Positions 1 through 11,061 of a stretch of DNA of 64,000 nt are shown here, one piece after another; position 1 is the first letter of the stretch; the number at the start of each line of letters is the position of its first letter. This DNA comes from an uncultured Methanosarcinaceae archaeon. Its GTDB lineage: Archaea; Halobacteriota; Methanosarcinia; Methanosarcinales; Methanosarcinaceae. The translations under genes and the position numbers were made by a program. Under the pieces are notes generated by a model. The model searched no databases, was not told the origin of the DNA, and saw only the letters and a list, made by a program, of their open reading frames with translations. The stretch is from positions 832,001 through 896,000 of the forward strand of contig CAVTET010000001.1 in assembly GCA_963733675.1 (NCBI GenBank), given 5' to 3'.

Positions 1-60
1 GCATTCGAAAGAATGAGAGCAGATCCGATAGTTAATGCTTTTGGTTCTGATCATCTTTCA

Positions 61-118
61 ATCCTTTTAAATCTTCTATTTTTAGACAGATTCTTTTAAA
101 TCTTCTATTTTTAGACGG
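61..118. repeat. 29-bp tandem duplication (ATYCTTTTAAATCTTCTATTTTTAGACRG x2) upstream of polB
   Basis: Two near-identical adjacent copies read directly at 61-89 and 90-118. Confidence 0.8.
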
Positions 119-234
119 ATTTTTCAATCTAATCCACTCAGGTAGCATATTTAAGGATTCGATAAACTTTTGAAAAATATGATTTAATTTTCAAAAATGC
201 AACCAAAGCTATTTGTTATCTAAAACCTTAAACC

Positions 235-3039
235 ATGCCTATGGATTTTCAGATCTTGGATGCAGATTATGAAGTCGTTAATGACAGTAGCCCTGTCATC
301 CGCCTATTTGGCAGAGGAGCGGATGGAAATAGTGTTTGTTGCTTTATCCCGGATTTTGAGCCTTATTTTTATCTCAAAGCTTCTGGAGATCTGCATGCCT
401 TATCAAGACTTATAGAGGATACTTTTGACCAGGTCAAAAAGGTGGAAATAGTAGAAAAATTCGAACCTATAGGGTATCAGAAATCAAAAAAAAAGATTCT
501 CAGAATTACTACCCGCCTGCCAAGGGACGTGGCAGAAATCAGGACTGAGGTTCTTAAGATACAGGGAGTCTTGAGAGCTGAAGGCAAATGGGAAGTTTAT
601 GAGAGTGATATCCTTTTCAGAAATCGTTTTTTAATTGACAGAGGCCTTGGTGGTATGGTTTGGATTTCTGCGGAAGGAAAGCCTGTAGCCCCTCCTCGAT
701 ACTTAAGGGCAGGTTATGCAGGCAATTCTTTTTGTGAGAACTATGCTTGCAACTCTAAAGTACTCGCATCCGGGTTGAAGAAAATTGAAAGCCTGAGGGT
801 TGCTCCTCTTAAGTACCTGTCTTTCGATATAGAATGCCTACCACTTGATGGGGGGATGCCTTCTCCAGATATATCTCCTATAATAATGATCAGTTTTTCC
901 TTTGAGCCCGCATATAATAACAATAAAACTCTAATTTTGGTGGCAAAGACTGTAGAAGGTATGGATGAAGATGTCGAACTCTGTGGGAACGAAACAAAAA
1001 TGCTTAATCGTTTTTTTCAGATTTTTTGCGAATATGATCCTGATATAGTTGTAGGATATAATCACCAGGACTTCGATATTCCTTACATTACGGATAGGGT
1101 CAAAGCGCTTATTGTAAAAGGAGAGGTGATCAATCCAGTTGTAGGCAGGGATGGTAGCCAGATAGGATACCGGAAGTTTGGGCTCATTACTCGAACTGAA
1201 ATCAGGGGTCGTGTAGTTGTGGATGCTCTTCCTCTTGTTAGAAGAGCTTTCAGCCTGAAACAGTATACTCTGAGAGCTGTTTCAAAAGAGCTTTTGAACC
1301 GTGAGAAGCTTGATGTCTCTCCCCTGGAAATGGAGGAACACTGGATCGATTCGGGAGATAAATTCAAAAAATTTGTCGACTATGCACGAAGAGACTCTGA
1401 ACTTGCCCTTGAACTTATCCTTAAGCTTAAGCTTCTTGACAAATATATTGCTCTTGCTCAGGTAAGCGGGAGTCTTTTACAGGAGATTGTTGATGGAGGG
1501 CAGACTTCAATGGTTGAAAATCTCCTCCTTAGAGAGTTCGCTCTTAGGGATAGGGTAATTCTTCCAAAGCCTGGAGACGAGCTTTCAGCTGAGAGGTACG
1601 ATATGAGTTCGGGCCTGAAAGGAGGTGAAGTACTCGAGCCAAAGAAAGGTCTTCTGGAAAATGTGTTAATTCTTGATTACAAATCGCTTTACCCAACCAT
1701 TATGATGGCACATAACCTCTGCTACACCACTGTAGTTATAGGAGATCGGCCAGATGGAAAAATTATCCAATCTCCCTCTGGGGGAGAGTTTGTGTCTTCT
1801 GATGTAAGTAGGGGAATCGTGCCTTCTATTCTCGAAGACCTGCTGAACCAGAGGTCTGAGACAAAGAATAAAATGAAAAAGGTATCTAATGAGCATGATT
1901 ACGAGGTACTTGATGCTACGCAGCTTGCCCTGAAAATCCTTCTCAATAGTTTTTATGGATATTCTGGGTATGCCAGAGCAAGGTTATATAGTTTGACTCT
2001 TGCGAATGCCGTAACTAGTTTTGGAAGAAGTAACATACTCAATACTCGGGATATAATTAATAATACTATAGGTAAAATAGTACTCAGAGATACAACAGCA
2101 CTACTTCTTAGTGAAGCTGGGAAGCTTTCTTCTTCAGATAGAGTCGTAGAATTGTCAGTTGCCTATGGGGATACAGATAGTGTTTTCGTACAATGCACAT
2201 CTAGTGGAACCCTCTCTCTTGAAGAGGTTAGTCTTGTTGGAAACAGACTTTCATATATCGTTTCTGTATCTCTGCCTGACCCTATGGAGCTCGAATTTGA
2301 GTCCATTGCAAAAAGAGCTCTCCTTATCGCAAAAAAGCGCTATGCTCTCTGGCTTTTTGAGCCAACGAACTCGGGATGGGTGGATCAAATCAAAGTTAAA
2401 GGTATGGAAACTGTCCGTAGGGACTGGTGCGAACTCACATCCATCACCCTTAACAGGGTTCTTGAACTTGTACTTATGGCAGGTGACGTTGATAGAGCTG
2501 TAGAATATGTCCGTAAGGTCGTCAGTGAGATCAGAAATCTTGATCCGAGAAGAGATTCAAAAACCATCGAATTTCTTGTTCTTACCCGGACACTTACCAG
2601 AAAAAAAGACAGCTACAAGAATAAACAACCTCATCTGACTGTTGCGGAAAATCTTAAGAAGCGAACAGGAATAATGCCTTCGATAGGAACAAGGATTCCT
2701 TTTGTCATTATCGCAGGAAAAGGCCTTTTCGTAGACAGGGCTGAGGATCCAGAATATGTTACAGAGCATAATGTGCCTATAGATGTGGATTATTATGTTA
2801 AAAAGCAGATTTTACCTCCTGTAGAAAGAATTTTGGGGGTATTTGGAGTAACGATACATTCCCTCGATTTTGATTCAAGACAAAAAGGGATTTTTGATTT
2901 TGAGGCTAAGAAACTTGAAGTAAAAGATCAGGAAATGGGAAAACTTTTTTCTAAAAAAGAGGGTGAGAGAGACACTCAGGAAAAAAATAAGTGCTTGGAT
3001 GACGGATGTTTAGGTCAAAGTTCATTACTCGATTTCTGA
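235..3039 (+). CDS. polB: Family B DNA polymerase (archaeal PolB)
   Basis: 934 aa; exonuclease motifs FDIE, GYNHQDFD and YARRD; polymerase motifs DYKSLYP, KILLNSFYG and YGDTDS; C-terminal PIP-like QSSLLDF. Confidence 0.97.
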   Translation: MPMDFQILDADYEVVNDSSPVIRLFGRGADGNSVCCFIPDFEPYFYLKASGDLHALSRLIEDTFDQVKKVEIVEKFEPIGYQKSKKKILRITTRLPRDVAEIRTEVLKIQGVLRAEGKWEVYESDILFRNRFLIDRGLGGMVWISAEGKPVAPPRYLRAGYAGNSFCENYACNSKVLASGLKKIESLRVAPLKYLSFDIECLPLDGGMPSPDISPIIMISFSFEPAYNNNKTLILVAKTVEGMDEDVELCGNETKMLNRFFQIFCEYDPDIVVGYNHQDFDIPYITDRVKALIVKGEVINPVVGRDGSQIGYRKFGLITRTEIRGRVVVDALPLVRRAFSLKQYTLRAVSKELLNREKLDVSPLEMEEHWIDSGDKFKKFVDYARRDSELALELILKLKLLDKYIALAQVSGSLLQEIVDGGQTSMVENLLLREFALRDRVILPKPGDELSAERYDMSSGLKGGEVLEPKKGLLENVLILDYKSLYPTIMMAHNLCYTTVVIGDRPDGKIIQSPSGGEFVSSDVSRGIVPSILEDLLNQRSETKNKMKKVSNEHDYEVLDATQLALKILLNSFYGYSGYARARLYSLTLANAVTSFGRSNILNTRDIINNTIGKIVLRDTTALLLSEAGKLSSSDRVVELSVAYGDTDSVFVQCTSSGTLSLEEVSLVGNRLSYIVSVSLPDPMELEFESIAKRALLIAKKRYALWLFEPTNSGWVDQIKVKGMETVRRDWCELTSITLNRVLELVLMAGDVDRAVEYVRKVVSEIRNLDPRRDSKTIEFLVLTRTLTRKKDSYKNKQPHLTVAENLKKRTGIMPSIGTRIPFVIIAGKGLFVDRAEDPEYVTEHNVPIDVDYYVKKQILPPVERILGVFGVTIHSLDFDSRQKGIFDFEAKKLEVKDQEMGKLFSKKEGERDTQEKNKCLDDGCLGQSSLLDF

Positions 3040-3629
3040 GTTTCAGACTACTGGTTTTAATTGTCTTTAACCAGCCAGCCTGGATAAAATGCTATCAATA
3101 ACCGCTTTATTTAATATTTGGAGGGTAACTTTTTAGGAGCTCGTTTGTATATTTGGGGTTATTAACTATGTTTTCTGTTTTTGTATGGATGTCAATTAAA
3201 CAGTTTTAGTAACTCTAAATAAATATCAATAAATTTATTTTTGGTGCTTGGAATGATTGAAACCTAAGTTGAACAGTATCCACTAATAACTAATGAAAAA
3301 CTATCCTTTTTTTAGTTAAATTGATTTGACAAAACTTATTGTAGAGAATTTCGATAAACTCCTATGCATTTGAGCAGTGGAGAGTTTAAATCTCTCACAA
3401 TATTTTTTTCTGATACTTCTATTTATGATTGCGATTTAGGTCAATTAGTTTAAAATGTTCCATTAGCTCAGATGCTCGATAAGTCCTATGAACTCCATGA
3501 GTCCTAAATAGGCAAGTTTTTCTTATTTATTTTGTAACTGAGGAAATTTAGGAATTCTATCATAAAAAACTGTGTTTTATAATCTTTTTTAACCTACTTA
3601 ATCTCATCTTCATGACTTAATGCTCTTTT

Positions 3630-4351
3630 TTATGAGCTAAATAGATTCGTGGTTGGTCCACAAAATTTAGCTATTGCTTTATAGGAGTTTGAAGTTACTG
3701 CTTTATTATCAAATGAACCTGTAGCAAACGCTGAATTAATCACAAAACCATTATCAATGTCTTGTGGTGTTATTAGGTAGCTATATCCTCTCTCAATATT
3801 TTTACAAGGTGCAAGCTCACTGGAACTGATTTGTGATGATCCAAACATGCTATCTGTGACAGTTATCGGTCCTGTAATATCAACATTCCCTTTGTTTGTT
3901 ACAGTGTAGGAGTAGTCGATAAGATCTCCGACTGCGAAATAAGTTTTTGGATCTACTTCTTTTTCTATTTTCAGATCTGGTTTCTGTATAGCTAATACCG
4001 TTGCACTAGTATTGTTTGAAATTACTATATTTGACCTGGTGCAAGATCACTGTTAGATATAGTAAATGAGCTAGATAGGTGGTCATCTGTAACATTAATA
4101 GGTCCTTTGATAATCACATTTCCTGAGTTAGTTACAGTGTAGAAGTATGTAATAGGCTGTTCTCCATTGGTATAATATGAACCTTTTGAAGCCTGCGCTT
4201 CAAAAGACACAGAACTCAATAAAAGAGTCATACCTATGATTAATGGTAGCATCACTGAGACTATGGACTTAAAATTGAGTATATTAAGCCACAAATAGAC
4301 TTTCACCAATAGTCTCCGTACTGATTTCAAATTAGCCAATTTAGTGCACAA
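3630..4351 (-). pseudogene. Disrupted secreted/cell-surface protein with two DUF7507/DUF11-like Ig repeats
   Basis: Signal-like N-terminus, then YFYTVTNSGNV...GPINVTD, stop at 4025. A second repeat (YSYTVTNKGNVDITGPITVTD...LAP...QDIDNG.V.NSA.ATG) continues in another frame to 3630. Confidence 0.7.
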
Positions 4352-5112
4352 TCAGTGTAAATAAATGTCATCTCTACTCATAAATATCTCAGTAAGATGT
4401 AATTGATTGTAACTTTATATATTTTATTAGAAATTTACATATGAATAAACATGTATAACGATTTATCTCACAAGATGAATGTTGATCTAACATTGGTTAA
4501 AAGATAACAAATACTCTGGAATTCTCCAAATAATGTCCTAATATTTAATGGTTAAATAAATATGAAAAGATGATTAAGAAGCAATAATTGAATATTACTT
4601 CCCCTTTTAATTTCATAATCATCATTATATATAATGCTATATTTTATGCTATATTTTATGCATTGAAATGTATCTATCTTCAAAAATTAAAACCAATTAA
4701 CTGCCAAACAGTCCAGCAGCAGATAGCCACCTAGACAATTTAACAAAATTGAATTTATGCATACTATAAGGCTATATCGGAAAACGAATGTTGTTTCAGA
4801 GAAAAAAATAAGATTTGAATTTTTTATTTTCGGGACAGTTATATAGATTTAGGGAAACGCAGTATATATATCATTATCCCCATAGAATAGTTGCTCTTTT
4901 AAATGCTTATTCGTGCGCAAAGTTCACCGTCAGATATCAATTTTCTGGTGAGCTGGTCGAGTTTTTCCTAAAAGAATTCGGATATGGCTTTTTAAGCAGC
5001 GGATTCAACATCTTCTTTATTCCCATTGATTGTTTCCTAAATTACCTTCCCTTCTTCCTCATAGCTGCATGTTTGCTACTTATATATACAAGATATTTCG
5101 ATACAATGCTCT

Positions 5113-5784
5113 ATGAGACTAGATGCATGCCTTGTAGCCATGGGTCATTTTAAGTCAAGAGGTCGATCAAAGCTTGCTATTCTTGAAGGAAATGTTAAGA
5201 TCAATGGGCTAGAGGTAACGAAAATATCAAGAGATGTATCTACTGATGATATCATTGAAGTTGCTGTGGGCCTGGATCATCCAAAGGGATATTTCAAGCT
5301 CAAGCTCATTCAGGATGAAAGTGGTATTCTTAATCCAGGTGACCTAGTTCTTGATTTGGGCTCGAGTGCAGGCGGATTTCTTCTTTATGCATCTGAGATT
5401 GCAGGTCGTGTAAAGGGAATTGAATTCAGTCGAAACTTTAGGAGCGAGCTAGGAAAGATAGCATATGAAAGGGAAAACGTTGAGGTAATGTTTGGAGACA
5501 TCTTCACCGTACCCCTCAACTTACTTTCTAAAGAGTCGGTCGATGTAATTCTTTTTGACATAACTCTAGAGCCTGAAGATTCTATTAAGGCGCTTTCTAG
5601 AGTATTGCCGCTGCTTAGAGAAGATGGAAAGTTACTTCAGGTAATCAAAAGTCCAAGAAAGAAAAATCTTAAACCGATCCTCAACGAAATTAAGAACCTA
5701 GGATTTGAAATCCAAAAAATCATTGGTTCGGAAAAACAAGAAATTTATGTTGTTGCGAGAAAGCTTCTAACAGTGGGTGAATAA
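5113..5784 (+). CDS. S4-domain + FtsJ-like SAM-dependent RNA methyltransferase (TlyA-like)
   Basis: N-terminal MRLD..L...G...SR..A..I..G.V.ING (S4 domain); SAM motif VLDLGSSAGGF. Confidence 0.85.
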   Translation: MRLDACLVAMGHFKSRGRSKLAILEGNVKINGLEVTKISRDVSTDDIIEVAVGLDHPKGYFKLKLIQDESGILNPGDLVLDLGSSAGGFLLYASEIAGRVKGIEFSRNFRSELGKIAYERENVEVMFGDIFTVPLNLLSKESVDVILFDITLEPEDSIKALSRVLPLLREDGKLLQVIKSPRKKNLKPILNEIKNLGFEIQKIIGSEKQEIYVVARKLLTVGE

Positions 5785-6039
5785 TCTAAAGATTCTAAAA
5801 GGCGTGAAGTTCGATCGGATCAAAAATTTCATGCTATGTTAGCTCGAATATATGGATTTGCAGGCATATGGCTGGATGGAAACTAAATTATAGAGTAAGC
5901 CCATTCATATTTTTATGGAGGTTCTGCACAGTGGAAGTGTTTGTGTTATTTGGCTATGAAATATAAACACAATTTCGATAAACTTCTATACATTTGAGCA
6001 TTGGTGATTTTAAATTTCTTAAAATAATTTTTACTTTTG

Positions 6040-6838
6040 AAAACTTTTACTGATTTTGCTATTAATGAATGAAAGCACTTCAGTCAATTGGGGACAAACT
6101 TGTTGAAATTGATTCCTTAATTGATTGTAAATTTTTTCATATTATTTTTGAGTCCATATATTTTATCAAAAAAAATTTAGGAGGCAGACCTGAAGCTGAT
6201 GTTATCATTATGTTCAAACTGCTTGTTTTACAGCAATGAAATGTTTTTCAGACTTTAACTTGAGAAACATTCCACTGATAAGATTTATTCAAGAAGTGGC
6301 TTGGTTTTTTTGAGCATATATCGAAAGTACCCCAGTCTGATCATTCTTAAAGGTAATTAATGATAATTGCAAACAAGAAAAATTATGGAAACAGTTGGAA
6401 GCTCATTTGATTTCTCTGTTCTGAAAATAAAAACGGAAACAAATCCGATAGCTACTTTTATCCATTAAGATCCTTGGCAGCAAAAGTGGATAAACCAAAA
6501 GAAAAAGAAGTAATATAAGGTGAATAAGATACAAAACCTATGCAAAAAGGGTGTAAAGTCACACATTAGATATAATATTTATAATATCATAAACAGGTAT
6601 TATCAGCTGATCAGAAGATTCAAAACAGCAACAATCTAGCTTCATGATTCGTATGTAGATTTATCAGAAAAAAACTGACGTGGTTTACAGGGTAGAGGAT
6701 ACTACGGAGAAAAATCAAAAAGTATAATGGATCAATGAAAAGAGCAGGAAAAGAACATCCCGTAGATTCGGAATATATTAAGGAACCAAATAATCAGTTC
6801 AACAAGAGGTACATGGAAGCAAGTTTATGCAGTGACTA
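6040..6838 (+). pseudogene. Heavily degraded IS5-family transposase remnant
   Basis: Fragments GGRPEADVIIMFKLLVLQQ(W), ID.TFI..DPG and (ER)VYAVTK, with many stops and frameshifts; cut off at ~6838 by the next IS. Confidence 0.7.
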
Positions 6839-7305
6839 AGAGCCTATCCGAAAAATAATCTACTTTCAATTTCAGATCATGTGTGGTAATGACAAAACGG
6901 AAAATTGTTCAGGACTATGAACTTTCTAAAGATTATTGGGGAAAAATAGAACCTTTACTACCCTGTACCTAAGCCAAAAAAGAAGTCTTGAAGACCTAGA
7001 AAGGGTGATAGGAAAATAATGAGTGGCATTTTCTATCTCCTTTTTACTGTTTGCCAATGGAAAGCATTGCCACGATTTTATGGAGCTTCAAGCACTGTAC
7101 ATGATCGATTTCAGAAATGGCAACTATCAGGCTTATTTGAGAGCATGTGGCTGGCTGGTCTTGTTGAGTATGATTTCGAAAAAGGATTAGAATGGGAATG
7201 ACAATCAATTGATGGTGCTATGACAAAAGCACCATTAGATGGAGCTGGAACAGGAGCCAATCCTACTGATCGTGGCAAAAAAAGTACAAAAAAGATTGTT
7301 TTAAC
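6839..7305 (+). mobile_element. Truncated IS5-family (IS427-like) element, transposase pseudogene from 6889
   Basis: MTKRK...IEPLLP...RPR..DRKIMSGIFYLL.T.CQWKALPRFYGASSTVHDRFQKW...W.*QSIDGAMTKAPL.G..TG.NPTDRGK; interrupted by IS6 at 7306. Confidence 0.8.
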
Positions 7306-8158
7306 GGTTCCGTTGTAAAAATCCTTTCTAATGATACAATAGAATAAAAAGAAAACCAAAGATAGTAATATGCTATCTAATTCCTTTAAATGGAAGCATT
7401 ATGAAGGAGAAATTATCCTCTTGAATGTAAGATGGTACTTAAAATATCCATTGAGCTATAAAAATTTAAAGAAAATGATGATAGAAAGAGGAATTCAAGT
7501 TGATCACAGTACTATAATGAGATGGGTACATCAATATTCTCCTGAAATCGAAAAGAAGATAAGAAGACATTTAAGACTAACAAACTATTCATGGAGAGTT
7601 GACGAAACCTATATCAAAGTAAAAGGTAAATGGAAATATTTTTACCGAGCAGTTGACTCAAATGGAGATACAATTGATTTCATGTTAAGTTCAAAACGAG
7701 ATAGAAAAGCAGCAAAGAGATTCTTTAAGAAAGCTTTAAGTTCTAATCATAATCAAATTCCAAGATTAATAACCGTTGATAAGAATCCAGCTTATCCACC
7801 TGCTATAGATAAACTAAAAATTGATAAAATACTACCTAAAAACGTAGGCATTCGACAAATCAAGTATTTGAATAACATTATAGAACAAGATCACAGATCT
7901 ATAAAGCGAATCGTTAATCCAATGTTAGGATTTCAGTCTTTTCGATCTGCTAATAAGACTTTAAAAGGAATTGAAGCTATGAATATGATTAAAAAAGATA
8001 AGTCAATAATCTAAATTACTCTATTCTTAATGAAATCAAATACATTAATCAATTATTTGGTATAGTTTTATAATGTTAGTACATTTTCCTTGAATGTTTT
8101 GATTTTTATTAATCACTTATAGATTTACATATTTTGTTGAAGTTTTTGCAACGGAACC
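7306..8158 (+). mobile_element. IS6-family insertion sequence (853 bp)
   Basis: Terminal inverted repeats GGTTCCGTTGTAAAAA (7306) and TTTTTGCAACGGAACC (ends 8158); no flanking direct repeat seen. Confidence 0.93.
7370..8014 (+). CDS. IS6-family DDE transposase (C-terminal 1-bp frameshift relative to the copy at 38596)
   Basis: FKWKHY.GEIILLNVRWYLKYPLSY, WRVDETYIKVKGKW.Y.YRAVD, TVDK, NN.IEQDHR. Confidence 0.92.
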   Translation: MLSNSFKWKHYEGEIILLNVRWYLKYPLSYKNLKKMMIERGIQVDHSTIMRWVHQYSPEIEKKIRRHLRLTNYSWRVDETYIKVKGKWKYFYRAVDSNGDTIDFMLSSKRDRKAAKRFFKKALSSNHNQIPRLITVDKNPAYPPAIDKLKIDKILPKNVGIRQIKYLNNIIEQDHRSIKRIVNPMLGFQSFRSANKTLKGIEAMNMIKKDKSII

Positions 8159-8167
8159 TACATTTTT

Positions 8168-9193
8168 TTATTTTGGGGTGACTGCAACTCCGACAGGTCT
8201 TTTTCCTACATGTATCTTAGTCGTAACTGTGTTTGTTGCTGCATCAATTACAGATACAATAGAGTCTCCAGCATTTGCCACATATACCTTTGTTCCATCT
8301 GGATTCACTGCAACTCCATGAGGAAAGTTTCCTACAGGCACCGTGGCTACAACAGTGTTAGTTGTTGTGTTAATTACAGAAACATTTTGGCTAAAGAAGT
8401 TAGTCACGAATACCTTTGTTCCATCTGGACTCACTGCAATTCCCTTAGGTTCATTCCAGACCTTCACCGTAGCTATAACCTCATTTGTGTTTGCATCAAT
8501 TACAGAAACAGTACCTGGTATATTGGAGCTGCTTGAATTTGTCACGTATACTTTTGTTCCATCAGGCGTGACTGCAACTCCAGAAGGTTTTTGTCCTATC
8601 TTTATAGTGGCTGTAATTTTGTTTGTGCCTGTGTCAATTATAGATACACTATTGCTACCGTGGTTCACCACATATACCTTTGTCCCTGCTGGGTTGATTG
8701 CAACTCCAAAAGGATTGGTACCTACATTCACCGTGGCTGTAACTTTATCTGTGTTTGCATCAATTACAGAGACAGTGTTGTCATCACTGTTTGCTACATA
8801 TACCTTTTTTCCATCAGGGACGATGTCGACTCCCCTAGGATGGATTCCTACGGACACTATGCTTATAGAGTTGTTGATATTTGCTGTATGAATTACAAGG
8901 ACGGTGTTGTTGATGGGGTTTGTAAAATATACCTTTTTTCCATTAGGGGTAATTGCAACTTCATAAGGAAAGTGAGAATATCCCAAGTTTACCATAGCTG
9001 TAATTTTGTTCGTGGCAGTGTCAATTACAGAAACAGTGCTGCTGCCAGAGTTCGTAATATATGCAAATGGCACTGCACCTGATGTACTCATTAGCAGTAT
9101 AAATACCAGCACGGCGCCACCTAATCTCTTTATAGAATTATATTCTTTGTGTATTTTATCCCATCTCATTTTTTTCATTTTACTCCTCAACAC
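8168..9193 (-). CDS. YVTN beta-propeller repeat surface protein
   Basis: Signal-like hydrophobic segment followed by ~7 repeats of P.GVAV.PDG.KVYVTN....TVSVID..TN.V.ATV.VG. Confidence 0.92.
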   Translation of the reverse strand: MLRSKMKKMRWDKIHKEYNSIKRLGGAVLVFILLMSTSGAVPFAYITNSGSSTVSVIDTATNKITAMVNLGYSHFPYEVAITPNGKKVYFTNPINNTVLVIHTANINNSISIVSVGIHPRGVDIVPDGKKVYVANSDDNTVSVIDANTDKVTATVNVGTNPFGVAINPAGTKVYVVNHGSNSVSIIDTGTNKITATIKIGQKPSGVAVTPDGTKVYVTNSSSSNIPGTVSVIDANTNEVIATVKVWNEPKGIAVSPDGTKVFVTNFFSQNVSVINTTTNTVVATVPVGNFPHGVAVNPDGTKVYVANAGDSIVSVIDAATNTVTTKIHVGKRPVGVAVTPK

Positions 9194-9487
9194 ATATATC
9201 TATATTGAATGATATAAAAAAAGTTTAATTATGCGAAATGTATCATTTGTATTAATTATCTTAAATCACTGTCTCAGATGCACACAAGAATTGGCAACAT
9301 TGTAAATTTGATGTAAATTCAAAGTCAGATTTTTGTTTGCTGTGCGTAATTGATTCTCTTAAACTATTATCAATGGGAACCGATCTTGAAGATTATGGTA
9401 ACTTCGGATTAAATGATTTATTCTTCATTGATTTTGACTTCCTAATAAATTCATGAAAATGCCGCCAGACACTCGATCAATAAATTC

Positions 9488-9540
9488 TACATATATATGT
9501 GTATATATATATATTATATATGTGTATATATACATATTAT
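9488..9540. repeat. (AT)/(GT) dinucleotide microsatellite
   Basis: acatatatatgtgtatatatatatattatatatgtgtatatatacat read directly. Confidence 0.7.
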
Positions 9541-10852
9541 GCTGCGCAAAGAAAGCTGTAAGTTGGTGTGAAAGAATATAATAATTGAAGTAAAATGTAT
9601 GACATTTATTTCTTATAAACTCGGTTTAGGAAGTTTTTAATTGTTAGATATTGTCGGTTAAAGTTCCTGGAATTTTTAATATTTAGTTGATCCCAAAACT
9701 TATTTTTACTCTAAATGAGTTGATATCATAACTCAAAATTTACTTCTTGAATCTTATATTCCTACTAATCGGTCAAATCCTTAGCGTGACAACAATTTGG
9801 TAAGTTTTCAAGATCTTGTGAAGAATATCTAAGGAGGATTGGCTTGCTTGTAAGTATCATATCAATTATTGTGTTACCTATTATATTGTGGGATGAAATA
9901 GGTTTTAAATTCAGATAATAATAAACATACAAGCAAGCAATATCCCATTGCCTTATAATATTATTTATAATTTTCTCATCACGTAACTTTGTTTCAAAAG
10001 TACCTTTTTGGGTTGAACTTTGCAACTAATCTCAAGATTTCAAAGGAAATTGGTGGCTATATAACAGATATGTATTTCTAAGTCAGTAATATAATTTTGC
10101 AGAGTTTCTATTCAAATAAATAAAACTCTTTTTATTAGAGTGAGCGATTTAAAATCACTTTTTGAGTGTTATATAATTCAAAAAAAATATTTGAAAATAT
10201 TTTTTATGAAAAATAGCATCATGAGTCCGTAATTTCTCTTTGGTTTAGTTACTTTAAATGAGAAATTATTTTCAAACCGCACAAAACATCAAAGAACCAT
10301 ATTTGCATGTATATCGCTTGGTTATTCTCTATAAACTAGGGTTTGTTTTCGTTTTTTGCATATCGAGCTGCAAGCTTAATTTTTTTCCAGATAGCTTTAT
10401 AGATTAACCTTCGATTTTCATGAATTCATTATATCTAATTTATGAGCTTGCGACTAAATTTAGGAACTTATCGAAAATTCTTCAAAAAAATCAATTTTGA
10501 GCTTTTGGATTGGCTACATTAGCTTAAGCAATGAAAATGCAAAACAAGTGCGATAATGACTATTGTTTGAAATTATATTTTGGTCGTTAAAAGCTTTGAT
10601 ATTTCTGAGATTTTAGTTCAACTGCTTTAACCCTATAATCGCATTTATTCTTTACTCGGAAAACACATACATTTGTTTAATTTATTTGTTGATTTACCTA
10701 ATGTTATATATCGAAGGGTGAAATACATATTTTAATGATCACTAAATAAAAAAAGTTTGTGACAGTTGTATATATGGACTCGTGGGGAGATTGAAATTAA
10801 ATATTAGATAAATATTTATAATGGGTCAGCTATACGACTTCCGATTGCTGCC
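9521..10852 (+). repeat. Long non-coding upstream region of kdpA, homologous (with insertions) to 55561-56295
   Basis: Colinear blocks 9521-9780/55561-55810, 9834-9978/55818-55960 and 10533-10852/55981-56295, e.g. TGAAGTAAAATGTATGACATTTA, TAGTTGATCCCAA, GCTTGCTTGTAAGTATC, TTGTGGGATGAAATAGGTTTTA. Confidence 0.85.
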
Positions 10853-11061
10853 ATTGAGTAGTAAAATAAAATTTCGAACTAATATAACAGCTGTGAACTA
10901 TGGTTTCGAACTAAAAACCTGTATTTGATTCATTAAAAGTTCAATAACCACCGAAAACAATAAAAAGAGAAAAATGCAAAAATAATTTTTCCATATCTAT
11001 GTTTTCAGCGGTTCATGTTTAGGTTAAGATTAGTAAAGAAATTTTGGTACTTGATCATAAA

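Noticed and set aside
235-3039. Intein in PolB
   Set aside because: The length and the short insert before YGDTDS lack intein C/S...HN termini.
4022-4027. Pyrrolysine read-through of the TAG ending ORF 4025-4351
   Set aside because: The TAG is immediately followed by an in-frame TAA and the rest of the gene is in another frame.
4815-5153. 112-aa ORF upstream of the methyltransferase
   Set aside because: TTG start, no recognisable motifs, overlaps the real gene; possibly the shadow of a decayed minus-strand gene.
8210-9212. Long plus-strand ORFs over the YVTN gene (and similar antisense ORFs over polB, kdp, 18303, the permease and nif)
   Set aside because: Antisense shadows of repetitive or codon-biased real genes.
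9765-10025. 86-aa minus-strand ORF inside the shared K+ upstream region
   Set aside because: Not preserved in the paralogous copy at 55800-55960 (indels).
10860-11061. kdpF peptide or c-di-AMP (ydaO) riboswitch upstream of kdpA
   Set aside because: No short hydrophobic ORF with a KdpF-like Y..YAL..PE.F ending, and no GC-rich ydaO consensus visible.
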